From the sequence record MZ779063.1: a DNA stretch of 64,000 nucleotides; one strand, 5' to 3'. The stretch's first letter is position 1, and each line of letters starts with the position of its first letter. The position numbers and the translations under genes are program-made. Below the pieces are notes generated by a model. That model worked only from the letters and a program-made list of their open reading frames with translations, searched no databases and had not been told where the DNA came from. Below are positions 47,262 to 58,013 of the stretch, one piece after another. Source of the DNA: Staphylococcus phage vB_SauM-UFV_DC4.

Positions 47262-47678
47262 TTACTGGTTAGGTAAAGATCCACCTTGAGCTGTTGAAGG
47301 GTTTTCAGGATCTTCTTCTTGAGGTTCTACTTCTGTAGCTCGACCAACACCTTGAACTTCAGAATCTTCAACTGAATCCTCAACCATATGTTCTTCATCA
47401 ATAGGATCGATTTCTTCAACTAATTCTTCACTACTATTGTGGGTTCCGCTTGTATACCATGTTTGAGATCCTCTAAAATCATTAGCTGGATCATATGATG
47501 GATCCGTCACCCAATCACCATTATTAGAATTTTCTTCATTGAAAGCAATTTCATTTAAAATTTCTTCAACTAATGCTTTTAACCCATTGCCTTCAGAAAC
47601 TTCTTCTAATTCCAATACTCCTTTAGCAACTAAGGTTGCATGAAAAGTTACAATAAAAGATTTTTTACTAAATTCCAT
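47262..47678 (-). CDS. hypothetical acidic protein
   Basis: 138 aa. Confidence 0.5.
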   Translation of the reverse strand: MEFSKKSFIVTFHATLVAKGVLELEEVSEGNGLKALVEEILNEIAFNEENSNNGDWVTDPSYDPANDFRGSQTWYTSGTHNSSEELVEEIDPIDEEHMVEDSVEDSEVQGVGRATEVEPQEEDPENPSTAQGGSLPNQ

Positions 47679-47693
47679 AATATAAAATTCCTC

Positions 47694-48062
47694 CTATTTT
47701 CTATTAGCCATTAAAGCAGCTAATCTCTCTTGAAGCTCACGAATTTCTTTTTCTTCAGGAGTTTCTTCTGGTTCTTCTTTCTTATTAAAAGTTTCACCTG
47801 GTTTTTCAGCTAATCTAGGAGTAGCATTTTCATATTCTATTTTTAATTTTTCCATCTGTTCACGAATATTATGGTCTACAATAAATATTACAGATTCTTT
47901 AGTTGAATCATTCATATTTCCTATAGAATAACCATAGAAATATCCTTCTTCATCTATATCTTGCATATTTATGATTAGCCAGAATCGACCATCAATTCTT
48001 TTTCCTCTTTCATCATACATATTTTTATGTGTTTCTACAAATGCCAATAAGAAAACCTCCAC
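47694..48062 (-). CDS. hypothetical protein (start uncertain: GTG/TTG/ATG)
   Basis: 122 aa; GGAGG SD upstream of an in-frame TTG. Confidence 0.45.
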   Translation of the reverse strand: MEVFLLAFVETHKNMYDERGKRIDGRFWLIINMQDIDEEGYFYGYSIGNMNDSTKESVIFIVDHNIREQMEKLKIEYENATPRLAEKPGETFNKKEEPEETPEEKEIRELQERLAALMANRK

Positions 48063-48108
48063 TATATTATTTTAATTTATAAATAATAGTTTAAAATAAT
48101 ATAGTTAG

Positions 48109-51100
48109 TTATCTCACATCACTTTCAAAATTACTTAATGACATACGCACTATAGATATTTGACCTAATTGTGCACTTCCTGTAGAACCTGTTATAGAAA
48201 GCTGTATCAGTAAATATTTATTAAAATTATCAGGAACTCCTAAATCTATAGTTGCTATTCTTGTTGAAGTATCAACTTTAGAACTTCCTGTTACCCCTAT
48301 TTCTTTATGCATTTTTATATCACTATTTGTTTTCCAACCCATACCATCACTAAATGTAATATAAAGATTATTGCCTTCAGTTACTGTTGCCCTGTAAACA
48401 AATTTTAGATATCTTCTATTATGATGATAACTAAATACATTTAGTGTCGCTTTGTCTTTACCTGATGATTCATCTAATTGTGCATTATCGTAACCATATT
48501 TATAAATATCTCTATAAATATTATATGTTCCAGCTCTAGTATCGTCTAATACTATAGGTCTAAAGTTTTTTTCATTGGTAGCATGAGCAGATCCACTAAC
48601 CCAGTTCCAAGTTCTAACTCCAGGCATAGTAGGCATAAAGTTAGTTTCAGATAAGAACATACCTTCAACCATTTGGTCAACACCGTTTTTTCTTATATTT
48701 AATCCAGTTGAATTTATTTCCACAAAATTATCAGTATCTAGAGCACTTTTTGATATTCTCAATACATCATTTGTAAATGAAAGATTGCCTTTATTATTAT
48801 ATATTTTAACTTTATCCGTATTTAGATCTATACTACTAGATATCATTTTAATTGATTCCGAGTTCATAGTTATCTTACTTGATAAAGAACTAGTGCTATA
48901 TTTATCTAATGCCGAAGGTGTCCATGGTTTTAATTGATTACCTTTTTCTAATTTTGGAAGAGCGTAATAAAATACAGTTCCATCATTATAAGCATCAGTT
49001 TTATCATAGTTGTTATAACGTAATAGAAATCTTAGATAATTGGTTCTTCCATTACTAGAGTTTCTAGGTATTTTAGCTGTAAAACTATATCTAACCCATT
49101 TATCAAATATAAATTCACTAGCAGGTATCTCAACTACACCAAATTTAGGATTGGTAGTTTGTTGTATATTCTCATAAGTTGCCACCTCAAAATATATCTT
49201 ATAAGTAAGGAATTTTCTAGCTGTTGCAGGAATGTATATATAAACAGAGCCTGTTACTTCATCTCCAATACTAAATTGACCTTCTTGACCTACAGGTAAA
49301 TAGCTTGACATTACTGCAGGCCATGTTGTTCCAAAGTTATTATGTTTATATTTGAAGACATCTTTTACTTTATTAATATCAAAACTAGTATCGTCATTAG
49401 AATCTTTCGACTCAATTACAGTTATATTTTCAAAAGAGGCAGTTATATCAGCATTATCTGTAGTTCCTGCTTTTGCAGCATAAAATAACAACTGATTAAT
49501 TTTATCCTCATTAGGAGTAGTAATTTCTATTACGTTTCTTTTAGTTGTGCTAACAGGATAATCTATTCTATTAACTGAACTAATTTCAGGTAATGTATCC
49601 AAATCAGTTGAATACCCTGAACCTTTATAAGGATATCTATATGGGTACAATGAAATTAAACCTTCACTATTTTTCCCAGATTGTATATTATAATCAAATG
49701 CTACTTTATATTTAGTATTCTTTTTTAGATATCCATTTAATGGAAGAGTCATTCTTTTATAAGTTCCTCTGGATACATTGTTTACACGATAAACTGAACC
49801 TAAAGCTAGATTGTTATCGGTATTAAAAGTCATATCATCTTCAGAAGCTATTGAAAATCTAGGATTTTTAGGATAATTTCCTTCATCCAGTCTTATATTT
49901 TTAAAGTAAAACTTACCATCTGAATATGGTGAAACGGAGGCTATTATTAATCTTAATTGAGTCATTCCGCTTAAATCTGAGCTAGTTAGATTGAACGTAG
50001 TTTGGAAAGTACTCCAATCATCATTGATATCATTTTCAGCAGATATTGTATAACTTAAAGGATTGATTGAACTTGATGATTTGTTCACACGTAAACTTAC
50101 AGTAATAGACCCTTTAGTAGTTTCTAAAGATTTTCTAACATCAAAACTAAAAGTATAAGTACCTGGCTTAATTTTAGATAATTTTAAACTTCCATCTGCA
50201 TCTTTATAATCAATATTAGATGTTTGCCATTGTTTCCATCCTTCATTAGAATTTGAAATTATAGAAAGATAATCTCTATAATTTGTAGTTGTATCTGTTG
50301 GATTTGATTCAGTTGATCCACTAAATGTGTATGTCCAGTAAGGTGAGTCAATCTTATCCGCAAAGTTTAAATTGTTTGATGTATCATCATCATTAGTTTT
50401 CCAACCTTCCCATCCATTTCTAAGATCAGAGTTAATAAGTGCGTTATCTGCATTAAGATAATTATTTATTTTATTAACAGATAACTCAATAGAATCTGCC
50501 TTTTGATCTATTTTAGAAGAAACAGTCGATATTGAAGTCTCAATATCTTCGGGAGCTGGTGTCCAATCAGTAGATTTATTACCTTTTTCAAGTTTAATCC
50601 ATTCTATAGTTGATAGATAATTTCCATCTTTAGGCATATCGTATATTGTTAATAACTTACTTAAATTTCTTGAAGATTGTTTGGCAACCCCAGTACCTAT
50701 CCATAAACCCTTTTTAGAATCATATGTTAAATTACATAAGTTTGTATAACCGTCATCAATATAAGCACTAAAATAGTGGTCTTTATTATTTGTATTACCT
50801 TTTATTGTAACTGTATAAGTCTCATCCACTATCCAATCTAATGACAAATTATATGGTTTCCCATATAATGTATGATTTACATATTTATTATTTTTACTAT
50901 CTAAAACTAAATTTCTTCCACCAATTCGAATATCATTAATTTGAGAGTTTACATCTTCGGGAGCTGGAGACCAGTCAGTTGCTTTATTACCCTTTTCAAT
51001 TTTAATATTTTCAATAGAGAATTTATCTCCATTGTTATTGTTATAAGCATATATAGCCCATCTAGTGTTAGTTCCAGAAGTCTTAGTTATTTTAGAAGTG

Positions 51101-54100
51101 TATTTATATCTAAATTTTTTATTACCAACATTAGTTATTGTATCGCTACCAATAGACATACCTGGATCTACTACACTATCATATATTCTGAAAACATCTC
51201 CACGTTCCATTTGTAAGTCAAATGATATAGAAATTTCATCTCCGACTTTTACTTTATTCAATAACTCATCAATATAAATTCTCCATAAATATTGATAAGA
51301 TCCATTTGAATTATCTTCAAAGCCTTTATTCCAAGATAAACTGTTTTCTAATAAGTTTCTTGCACCAATCTGTATATTATTAATATTTTCATTAACTCTA
51401 TTTTCTACTGCAGTAACTTGTGATGTAATTTGATTTGGTAATTGTTGGATACTAGAAGTATTAGCAGCAATTTTACCATCCATCTCATCTTGTTTACTAA
51501 CAATACTAGTAATCTTATCAGTTTCTACTTTTAATTCACTGTATTGATTTGTAGTTTTAGTATCTAATGTCGTAATAGAAGAAGCGTTAAGTGTAATATC
51601 TTTCTCAGTTTGAGTTATACGAGTTTCATTTTTAGCAAATCTACTTCTATAATCTTCTGGCGATACGTCCCAAGAAGAAGCCACATTACCTTCTTCTAAT
51701 TGAATATGACCTACATAAGTATCCTTAGTTGTATTATCAGCAGTAAACTGAATTTTAAGGAAATTATTAGTTTTAGAATTGAATCTCAACTCATAACGAG
51801 TAGGAGTTGTTGTCAATGTCTTAGCAGATTCAGTCATAGTAATAAGATAATCTTTAGGAGAAACTTCAGTAGTTAAACTTGAAGCTTTCGTAATAGGTGT
51901 TTTAATTACTGGAGACGCAGCTGCTGAATAAGCATCATAGCTTAATACATAATTCGTATTAGGTTTAACTGCAACTATTTGAGACACTTCAGATAAATTT
52001 GTTCTAGTATTAGCATAAGTTATACTATTATTAACTTTTTTAGTAATGCTAGCTAAGAAAGGTAAATCAAATTTTTCAGTTCCAGCAAGCATGTTCTTAG
52101 TACCAATTTTAACTTTTCCCGATATAGCTTCAGTACTAGTCTCAGTTGTTACTCTTTGATCTATTCTACCAATTTCAGCAGTAATATTTGTATTTAAATT
52201 TGATACAGTTTCATTAACGCTAGTTTTAGTGGCATAATCTTTAGAAATATCTTGTTTAATAGAATCAGCTGTAGTAGTAATGCTAGCCTGTAAAGTTTGT
52301 TTAGTGTCATTAATAGCAGATTGTCTATCTGTAACTTCTTGAGTTATTTTATCATTAGCTACTTTTAATTCACCAGTTAAATCACTGATATTGCCTTCAT
52401 TTTTAGTAACTTTATCAGCAGTAATAGTATAGCTATCATTAAGTTGGGTTACTTTAGTTGACAAATCAGAATAATTTTCATCACTTCTATCTATTCTAGA
52501 AACTAATGATGTGATATTATCAGTGGCTACTTTTAAACTACCTTCTAAATTAGTGACATTTTCTTGAGTGACTTTTTGTTCTTCAGAAATAGCTTTAATT
52601 TCTCCAGCAACTGTTTCTAATCTAGATGATATATCTCTGACAACTTTATCATCTAAATCTTCTATTTTCTTAGATACTTCTTGACGAATCATATCTACTG
52701 TTTGACTGACTTCAGAGAAACCTTCGACTACCTGTTTACGATAATCATCCATTTCTTTTTTAGTCATCATAGTGGCTACTAATTCATTAGTGTCAATTAC
52801 AGTTTTCTTAACAGATTCTAATCCAGTGACATCGTACATTTCTAAATTAGTAACCCAGAATTTAGGTTCATCAGAACCATCTTCAAATTCTGTTACATCT
52901 GAATCTTCAGATTGGTTTACCTTAAAGTATAATGTCATATAGAAAGCACCGTATAAGAAACCATTAGTACCTCTAACATTTTCTTTAGTAATTAAACCTT
53001 GACGGTGATACCAACCATTAAATTCTTCAGGATCGTCATCTTCTTCTGTATTAGGAATATCTTCATCTTTAATTAAAGACCATTCAACATTACTATCAGT
53101 GAATGTTCCTGAAACTTTAGTTCCGGCAGGGAAACCTCCATCTTCAGAATCGTAATTAATTAAATCAAAAGGTCTATTTAAATAGATACAATTGTTTTCT
53201 CTATCAATAGCTCCAAAATCCCAACCGTTCATGAATACATTTCTAGAATAAGTTGATTCTCCATAATTATAACCATCATTACTCTTGAAATTCCAAATAA
53301 CTAATGAATGATTATCATTATAATCTACTAAATTAGGATTAATATTTTTATTAACTATTCCTGCATTTGATACATTATAATTATTAGTCATATTCTTAAT
53401 AGCTTCTTCTTCATCTACCGGAGTTGAATTAGTTTCAACTGGTTCTTCAGATTCAGACATAGGGAGATCAGGTTCTGTAGTTTTATCTTCTTCAGGAGTA
53501 TCATCTGCATATATTACACTATCTTCTTCTTCATCAGGTAATGCATTAGGATCATCTATAGAAAGAATATCATCTGCATCACTAGGTAATATAACTGATC
53601 CATCTCTATCGTAATCATAAACAGGAGTATCATCTTCTTCATCTAACGGTGCAGATTGGAATCTATAAGTGTCATCAAGACCATCAAGACTCTTGAAATA
53701 AATAACTTTATCCCCTTGTCTTAATTCTTGAGCTAATTCAATTACAGGTTTCTCACTACCCATTACATGTTGTGATTCTATTAATTGTCCGTCTTTATCA
53801 TAACTTAAATGACCTATAGAAGAAGGAAGAGAATTATTATTCTTCATAAACATAGAAAGTTTGTATGTTTTCTCTGGATTAATTGGTATTAATCTTTCAG
53901 AAGAAACAGTATTGTTAAATCCTTCCATTCTAAATGAAGCTGCAGATTGGAAAGCGTCTGAATTATCGTAATACATTCCAGGAAAGTTTGATTCATCTCC
54001 TTGATCTGCATTACCATTAAAAATTAAGTTATCTCCACGAGAATCCATATAGTAATTAAATTCTTGTTGTGATACTTCTAATTCTTGACCTAAATCTTCT

Positions 54101-56097
54101 CTAACACTATTAGCTTCAGCCATAGCTTTATCTATATCTTTAGATTTTTGATCTAATTCTTCTTGTTGTTTTTCTAACTCTGTTTTAGTATTCTCTAAGT
54201 TAACTTTAGATTCAGCAATTTCATCTTTAGTTTTTTGAATCTGTTCTTGGATAAGATCAAACATATCTTGTTTATCTATAGTACCATCTATTAAACCAGA
54301 TTCAGAGTTAAGAGGTAAACCTAATACGCTTGATAGATTTTCTTTTAATTGATTTAAATTTTCTTTTAATCCTCTATCGGAATCATTAAGGTCATTTTCA
54401 ATTCTGTTAACTTTAACTCTCATTAATTCTAAAGAAGTTTTTACTTCATTGATATCTTCAGTTACGTTGATATTTCCTGTCAATTTTTGAGTTTTACTGT
54501 CATAAGATAAACCTAAAACTCTTCCAATTTCAGAAAATACAGTATCTTTAATACCATGAGAATATTCATTTTGAAGTTTATTCATTTCTAAGTTAATAGC
54601 TTCATTAGATAATTCAATAATACGTTTAGTGCTATTGATTACAGAATAAAATCCTACAAAAGATTTATTAATATCTTTCATTAATGATTCATTCTGATCA
54701 GCTCTATTAAGCTTATTAACTTCAGATTTTATTTTATCGAAATTAGTATCAATTTCTTTAATTTTGTCTCTAACCTGAATCTTAATTGCATCTTCTTTAA
54801 GATAAGCAGAATCAAATATAGATTTCAATTGATTATTAACTTGATCTTTTTGAGATTTAATTAAATTAAAATCAGAAATAATGGCATCAAAGTTAAGTTC
54901 TTTATTTGATTGTAATACACTTAGACCATCTGTACCACTACCGTTATTAGTGCTAATATCATTAATATAATTTTTAAATGATTCTAATTGTTTATTAACT
55001 AAAGATTCAACCAATTTAACATTATTACTTTCAGAAGATGTATTATCTTTAATAAAGATGTTATCATTAGCGTATTTAGTATAATTCTCTAACATTTCAG
55101 GTTTATAAACTTCATTAGAATTTTTATACTTAGCAAAGAAGTTAAATTTCTCAATATTATAATCAAATAAACTTCTCTCTAATTTATATATTTGAAACCC
55201 TGCTGTTAATTCAGGTTTTATATTTTTATAATTGATGAATATTTGACTTGATATAAATTTATTATAATGACAATTAGTCCAATTTCTTAGAACTAAACCA
55301 GTCATTTTTAAATCTATAGCATTCAAAGAACTGTCATTAAGGTATTTAGAAGCAATCTCTTCCATTTCATCTCTAGTTTTTCCTTTAACTTCCATAGTGT
55401 CAAATATATAATTTTCATCTTTAATAAATCTAGCTTGGTTTAATGAATCTTTAACAGTAATAGATTCATTATTATCATTATACATAATTAAGCCAGTTTT
55501 AATATTTGATTTATCTACATTAAATTCAAAACCAGGAATTCTACCAGAAACTTCTTTAGGATTAGATTTTCTTAAATCTTTACCTTTATTAATTATTAAA
55601 GTTCTTTCATTTGTATTAATATCATACTTATGTCTAATAGATAAATCTTTTTCAAATAAAATATCTAATAATTTTTCAAATACAGATTTATTATTTTTAG
55701 ATAAAGTAATTTCTTCATCAACAACCAAATCATTATATTCAATATTATACCCTGTATTCAATAATAGAGTGCTTAATACTGATTTTAATTGTCCTTTTAA
55801 TTCTTCATTAGAATTCACAAAAGTATTATTTAAATCTTTTACATAAGAAGGAATTAATGAAGATTTTAAACCATCTTCTTCAATACAAACAAATTCAGAA
55901 TCATTCTTACTTTCATCTTTAATAATTATATGTGTATTTTCTGAAATGTAGTTTTTACTTTTGAATTCAATATTAATAATTTCAGTTTTCTTACTAAAAT
56001 CATATACTAATTTCTCACTAGAAATTACATTTTCAAAAGTTTCTGCAACTAATTTACCTTCAATTCTTTTACGTTCTTTATCTAGAATACTAATCAA
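48109..56097 (-). CDS. giant (2662 aa) structural protein, tail fibre/adhesin-like, with repeated beta-sandwich modules
   Basis: TTG start with AGGATGGTGA SD; central coiled coil (TKTELEKQQEELDQKSKD); >=5 modules ending (I/L)(K/Q)LE(E/K)GN.A(T/S).W..(A/S)PED. Confidence 0.6.
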   Translation of the reverse strand: MISILDKERKRIEGKLVAETFENVISSEKLVYDFSKKTEIINIEFKSKNYISENTHIIIKDESKNDSEFVCIEEDGLKSSLIPSYVKDLNNTFVNSNEELKGQLKSVLSTLLLNTGYNIEYNDLVVDEEITLSKNNKSVFEKLLDILFEKDLSIRHKYDINTNERTLIINKGKDLRKSNPKEVSGRIPGFEFNVDKSNIKTGLIMYNDNNESITVKDSLNQARFIKDENYIFDTMEVKGKTRDEMEEIASKYLNDSSLNAIDLKMTGLVLRNWTNCHYNKFISSQIFINYKNIKPELTAGFQIYKLERSLFDYNIEKFNFFAKYKNSNEVYKPEMLENYTKYANDNIFIKDNTSSESNNVKLVESLVNKQLESFKNYINDISTNNGSGTDGLSVLQSNKELNFDAIISDFNLIKSQKDQVNNQLKSIFDSAYLKEDAIKIQVRDKIKEIDTNFDKIKSEVNKLNRADQNESLMKDINKSFVGFYSVINSTKRIIELSNEAINLEMNKLQNEYSHGIKDTVFSEIGRVLGLSYDSKTQKLTGNINVTEDINEVKTSLELMRVKVNRIENDLNDSDRGLKENLNQLKENLSSVLGLPLNSESGLIDGTIDKQDMFDLIQEQIQKTKDEIAESKVNLENTKTELEKQQEELDQKSKDIDKAMAEANSVREDLGQELEVSQQEFNYYMDSRGDNLIFNGNADQGDESNFPGMYYDNSDAFQSAASFRMEGFNNTVSSERLIPINPEKTYKLSMFMKNNNSLPSSIGHLSYDKDGQLIESQHVMGSEKPVIELAQELRQGDKVIYFKSLDGLDDTYRFQSAPLDEEDDTPVYDYDRDGSVILPSDADDILSIDDPNALPDEEEDSVIYADDTPEEDKTTEPDLPMSESEEPVETNSTPVDEEEAIKNMTNNYNVSNAGIVNKNINPNLVDYNDNHSLVIWNFKSNDGYNYGESTYSRNVFMNGWDFGAIDRENNCIYLNRPFDLINYDSEDGGFPAGTKVSGTFTDSNVEWSLIKDEDIPNTEEDDDPEEFNGWYHRQGLITKENVRGTNGFLYGAFYMTLYFKVNQSEDSDVTEFEDGSDEPKFWVTNLEMYDVTGLESVKKTVIDTNELVATMMTKKEMDDYRKQVVEGFSEVSQTVDMIRQEVSKKIEDLDDKVVRDISSRLETVAGEIKAISEEQKVTQENVTNLEGSLKVATDNITSLVSRIDRSDENYSDLSTKVTQLNDSYTITADKVTKNEGNISDLTGELKVANDKITQEVTDRQSAINDTKQTLQASITTTADSIKQDISKDYATKTSVNETVSNLNTNITAEIGRIDQRVTTETSTEAISGKVKIGTKNMLAGTEKFDLPFLASITKKVNNSITYANTRTNLSEVSQIVAVKPNTNYVLSYDAYSAAASPVIKTPITKASSLTTEVSPKDYLITMTESAKTLTTTPTRYELRFNSKTNNFLKIQFTADNTTKDTYVGHIQLEEGNVASSWDVSPEDYRSRFAKNETRITQTEKDITLNASSITTLDTKTTNQYSELKVETDKITSIVSKQDEMDGKIAANTSSIQQLPNQITSQVTAVENRVNENINNIQIGARNLLENSLSWNKGFEDNSNGSYQYLWRIYIDELLNKVKVGDEISISFDLQMERGDVFRIYDSVVDPGMSIGSDTITNVGNKKFRYKYTSKITKTSGTNTRWAIYAYNNNNGDKFSIENIKIEKGNKATDWSPAPEDVNSQINDIRIGGRNLVLDSKNNKYVNHTLYGKPYNLSLDWIVDETYTVTIKGNTNNKDHYFSAYIDDGYTNLCNLTYDSKKGLWIGTGVAKQSSRNLSKLLTIYDMPKDGNYLSTIEWIKLEKGNKSTDWTPAPEDIETSISTVSSKIDQKADSIELSVNKINNYLNADNALINSDLRNGWEGWKTNDDDTSNNLNFADKIDSPYWTYTFSGSTESNPTDTTTNYRDYLSIISNSNEGWKQWQTSNIDYKDADGSLKLSKIKPGTYTFSFDVRKSLETTKGSITVSLRVNKSSSSINPLSYTISAENDINDDWSTFQTTFNLTSSDLSGMTQLRLIIASVSPYSDGKFYFKNIRLDEGNYPKNPRFSIASEDDMTFNTDNNLALGSVYRVNNVSRGTYKRMTLPLNGYLKKNTKYKVAFDYNIQSGKNSEGLISLYPYRYPYKGSGYSTDLDTLPEISSVNRIDYPVSTTKRNVIEITTPNEDKINQLLFYAAKAGTTDNADITASFENITVIESKDSNDDTSFDINKVKDVFKYKHNNFGTTWPAVMSSYLPVGQEGQFSIGDEVTGSVYIYIPATARKFLTYKIYFEVATYENIQQTTNPKFGVVEIPASEFIFDKWVRYSFTAKIPRNSSNGRTNYLRFLLRYNNYDKTDAYNDGTVFYYALPKLEKGNQLKPWTPSALDKYSTSSLSSKITMNSESIKMISSSIDLNTDKVKIYNNKGNLSFTNDVLRISKSALDTDNFVEINSTGLNIRKNGVDQMVEGMFLSETNFMPTMPGVRTWNWVSGSAHATNEKNFRPIVLDDTRAGTYNIYRDIYKYGYDNAQLDESSGKDKATLNVFSYHHNRRYLKFVYRATVTEGNNLYITFSDGMGWKTNSDIKMHKEIGVTGSSKVDTSTRIATIDLGVPDNFNKYLLIQLSITGSTGSAQLGQISIVRMSLSNFESDVR

Positions 56098-56125
56098 ATT
56101 TAATTCACCATCCTTTCATTTAATT

Positions 56126-56145
56126 GATATTAATGTGTTCCATGT
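56126..56145 (-). promoter_or_regulatory. late-promoter-like element AACA-N6-TAT (minus strand)
   Basis: gAACAcattaaTATCAAT ~40 nt upstream of giant-gene TTG start. Confidence 0.3.
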
Positions 56146-56151
56146 CAATAA

Positions 56152-56574
56152 TTAATAGTCTTCTAATTGTTCAGCTAGCGTATCAATAATAGCAGCTTTT
56201 TTCCCTGATAGTTGAGTTTCCATATTATCAATAATATTTAATAAAATAGATTTATCTCTAACAGTAATAACTGCTTTTTCTTCATCAATAGCTAATATAT
56301 CTTCTTTAGCATTTGGGAATTCACTTACATTAAGAATAATACTTTCTGGATCTTTAGGGTCTTTAACAATATTACCATTTTCATCTTTTTTAGAAAATTC
56401 GTCAACCATATCTTTTCTATCTTTAGCATATTCTTCATAAGATTCTTTAAGTTGATTAATGAATTTAGTTCTATGTCTAGATTTATTACCATTAAGTGGA
56501 ATATTGAATAACACATCATATACAGTTTGTAAATCTTCATTTTTAATTGTAACTTGTTCAATTGTTTCTACCAT
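56152..56574 (-). CDS. hypothetical protein
   Basis: 140 aa; upstream (minus) tttatattataaatat motif and AAAGGAG SD. Confidence 0.5.
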   Translation of the reverse strand: MVETIEQVTIKNEDLQTVYDVLFNIPLNGNKSRHRTKFINQLKESYEEYAKDRKDMVDEFSKKDENGNIVKDPKDPESIILNVSEFPNAKEDILAIDEEKAVITVRDKSILLNIIDNMETQLSGKKAAIIDTLAEQLEDY

Positions 56575-56646
56575 TTTTAGAAAACTCCTTTTAAATTGAT
56601 ATTTATAATATAAATTAAGTTATTATGGCATTTTAAAAAATTACTC

Positions 56647-56663
56647 AACATTTTATTTATTAT
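56647..56663 (+). promoter_or_regulatory. late-promoter-like element AACA-N6-TTATTAT
   Basis: ctcAACAttttatTTATTATg ~42 nt upstream of ATG 56692. Confidence 0.35.
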
Positions 56664-56691
56664 GAAACTAATAGAAAGTGGGTAGAAATAT

Positions 56692-57954
56692 ATGCCTCAT
56701 TTAGGAAAAGAAAATGGTTATTCCATGTGTACTGCATCACCTTCATTATCTAGTGTTATATCAGGTGTACAATCATTCATGTGGACATATTTTAAATCAA
56801 TGTTCCCTAGTAATTTTTTTGCTTCAACTTATGTAAATACTTCTCTTAATTCAAATTCACTAAAAGATATGAAGGAACGTAAAAAAGGTTTTCCTCATTT
56901 ATCAATGAATACACAATTTGAATTGGGTGATGGTTTTATGTCAGGTTTACCTATGTGGCATAAGACTGATAGATTTGTAATGAAAAATCTTAAAAGAAAT
57001 TATAGATTGATATTTGAAGACGATACAAGAGGAATTAGAATATATACAGTTCCTCAAAGATATAAGATAGTATTTAATTACGGTATACTATTACAAACAG
57101 AAATGGGAGCTTGGAACGTTCTTAATCACATTAATCAAACGTTTGAAAATGGTGGATATAATTATGCTAATGAAATAAGAATACCAACAAAATTACCAGA
57201 AATATTTATTGTTAATATATGTAGAAAACTAGGTTTAGATATTAATAACAATAAAGATAGAATGCAATTAAATGATTATATGATGACAAATGGTTTAGGT
57301 CCAATTACTAATAAAAAAGATTTGTCTACTGGTAAAGAAAAGTATACTTATGATTATACTACTAATATATTATTAAATTATCCTGATTTAACTAATTATG
57401 AAAAAGAAGTAACTAATCTAATAAATAAATCAGCTTCAGTTAGATATGCGATATCTGCTGAATTATGGGTACCTGGTAGTTATATATTAGAAATTGAAGA
57501 TGATTTCAATATTCAAAGAGAAATTGATTCACTTTCAGATGATGTTTTACAATTCGACATTGCTATTTTACAAGATATGATTCCTAAGGAAAATGAAAGA
57601 GGAATGAAATTATTATTAGAAAGAAACTTTAATACTGAAATGAATGTTAAATTTGATTCAACTCAGATTGAAGAAATATTAGATAAAGATGTTATAAATT
57701 CAATTAAAGAACTTAATAAGATTAATGGGGACATTCAAAAAATCGTAGAATTCAAATTGTTTAAAAATAATAAACCTATGAGTAAAGATGAATATTTCGT
57801 TGATTATGATACATTTGAATTAATTGTAAAAGAACCTGAAGATAATAAGGTTCACACACTTGTAATGTATGCGGATACACGTAAGATTAATATGATAAAT
57901 GAATTAATAAATCAAGGAAGAAAAAAAGATTTATACAAAATGGACATATTTTAG
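56692..57954 (+). CDS. hypothetical (likely virion/structural) protein
   Basis: 420 aa, solitary plus-strand gene between terminators. Confidence 0.5.
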   Translation: MPHLGKENGYSMCTASPSLSSVISGVQSFMWTYFKSMFPSNFFASTYVNTSLNSNSLKDMKERKKGFPHLSMNTQFELGDGFMSGLPMWHKTDRFVMKNLKRNYRLIFEDDTRGIRIYTVPQRYKIVFNYGILLQTEMGAWNVLNHINQTFENGGYNYANEIRIPTKLPEIFIVNICRKLGLDINNNKDRMQLNDYMMTNGLGPITNKKDLSTGKEKYTYDYTTNILLNYPDLTNYEKEVTNLINKSASVRYAISAELWVPGSYILEIEDDFNIQREIDSLSDDVLQFDIAILQDMIPKENERGMKLLLERNFNTEMNVKFDSTQIEEILDKDVINSIKELNKINGDIQKIVEFKLFKNNKPMSKDEYFVDYDTFELIVKEPEDNKVHTLVMYADTRKINMINELINQGRKKDLYKMDIF

Positions 57955-57974
57955 AAAAAAAAATCAAAATATTA

Positions 57975-58006
57975 GAGGTAACTATCAAATTAATGATAGT
58001 TACCTC
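57975..58006. terminator. bidirectional terminator (gaggtaactatca..tgatagttacctc)
   Basis: 13-bp stem, A-run before and T-rich after. Confidence 0.55.
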
Positions 58007-58013
58007 AATTTTA

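Noticed and set aside
50941-51277. Two plus-strand ORFs (50941-51216, 51065-51277) and others (55961-56155) within the giant gene
   Set aside because: Antisense to a 2662-aa ORF with consistent coding periodicity and repeated protein motifs.
56325-56561. 78-aa same-strand (minus) ORF in another frame within 56152-56574
   Set aside because: Fully nested in the longer ORF, which has SD and promoter context.
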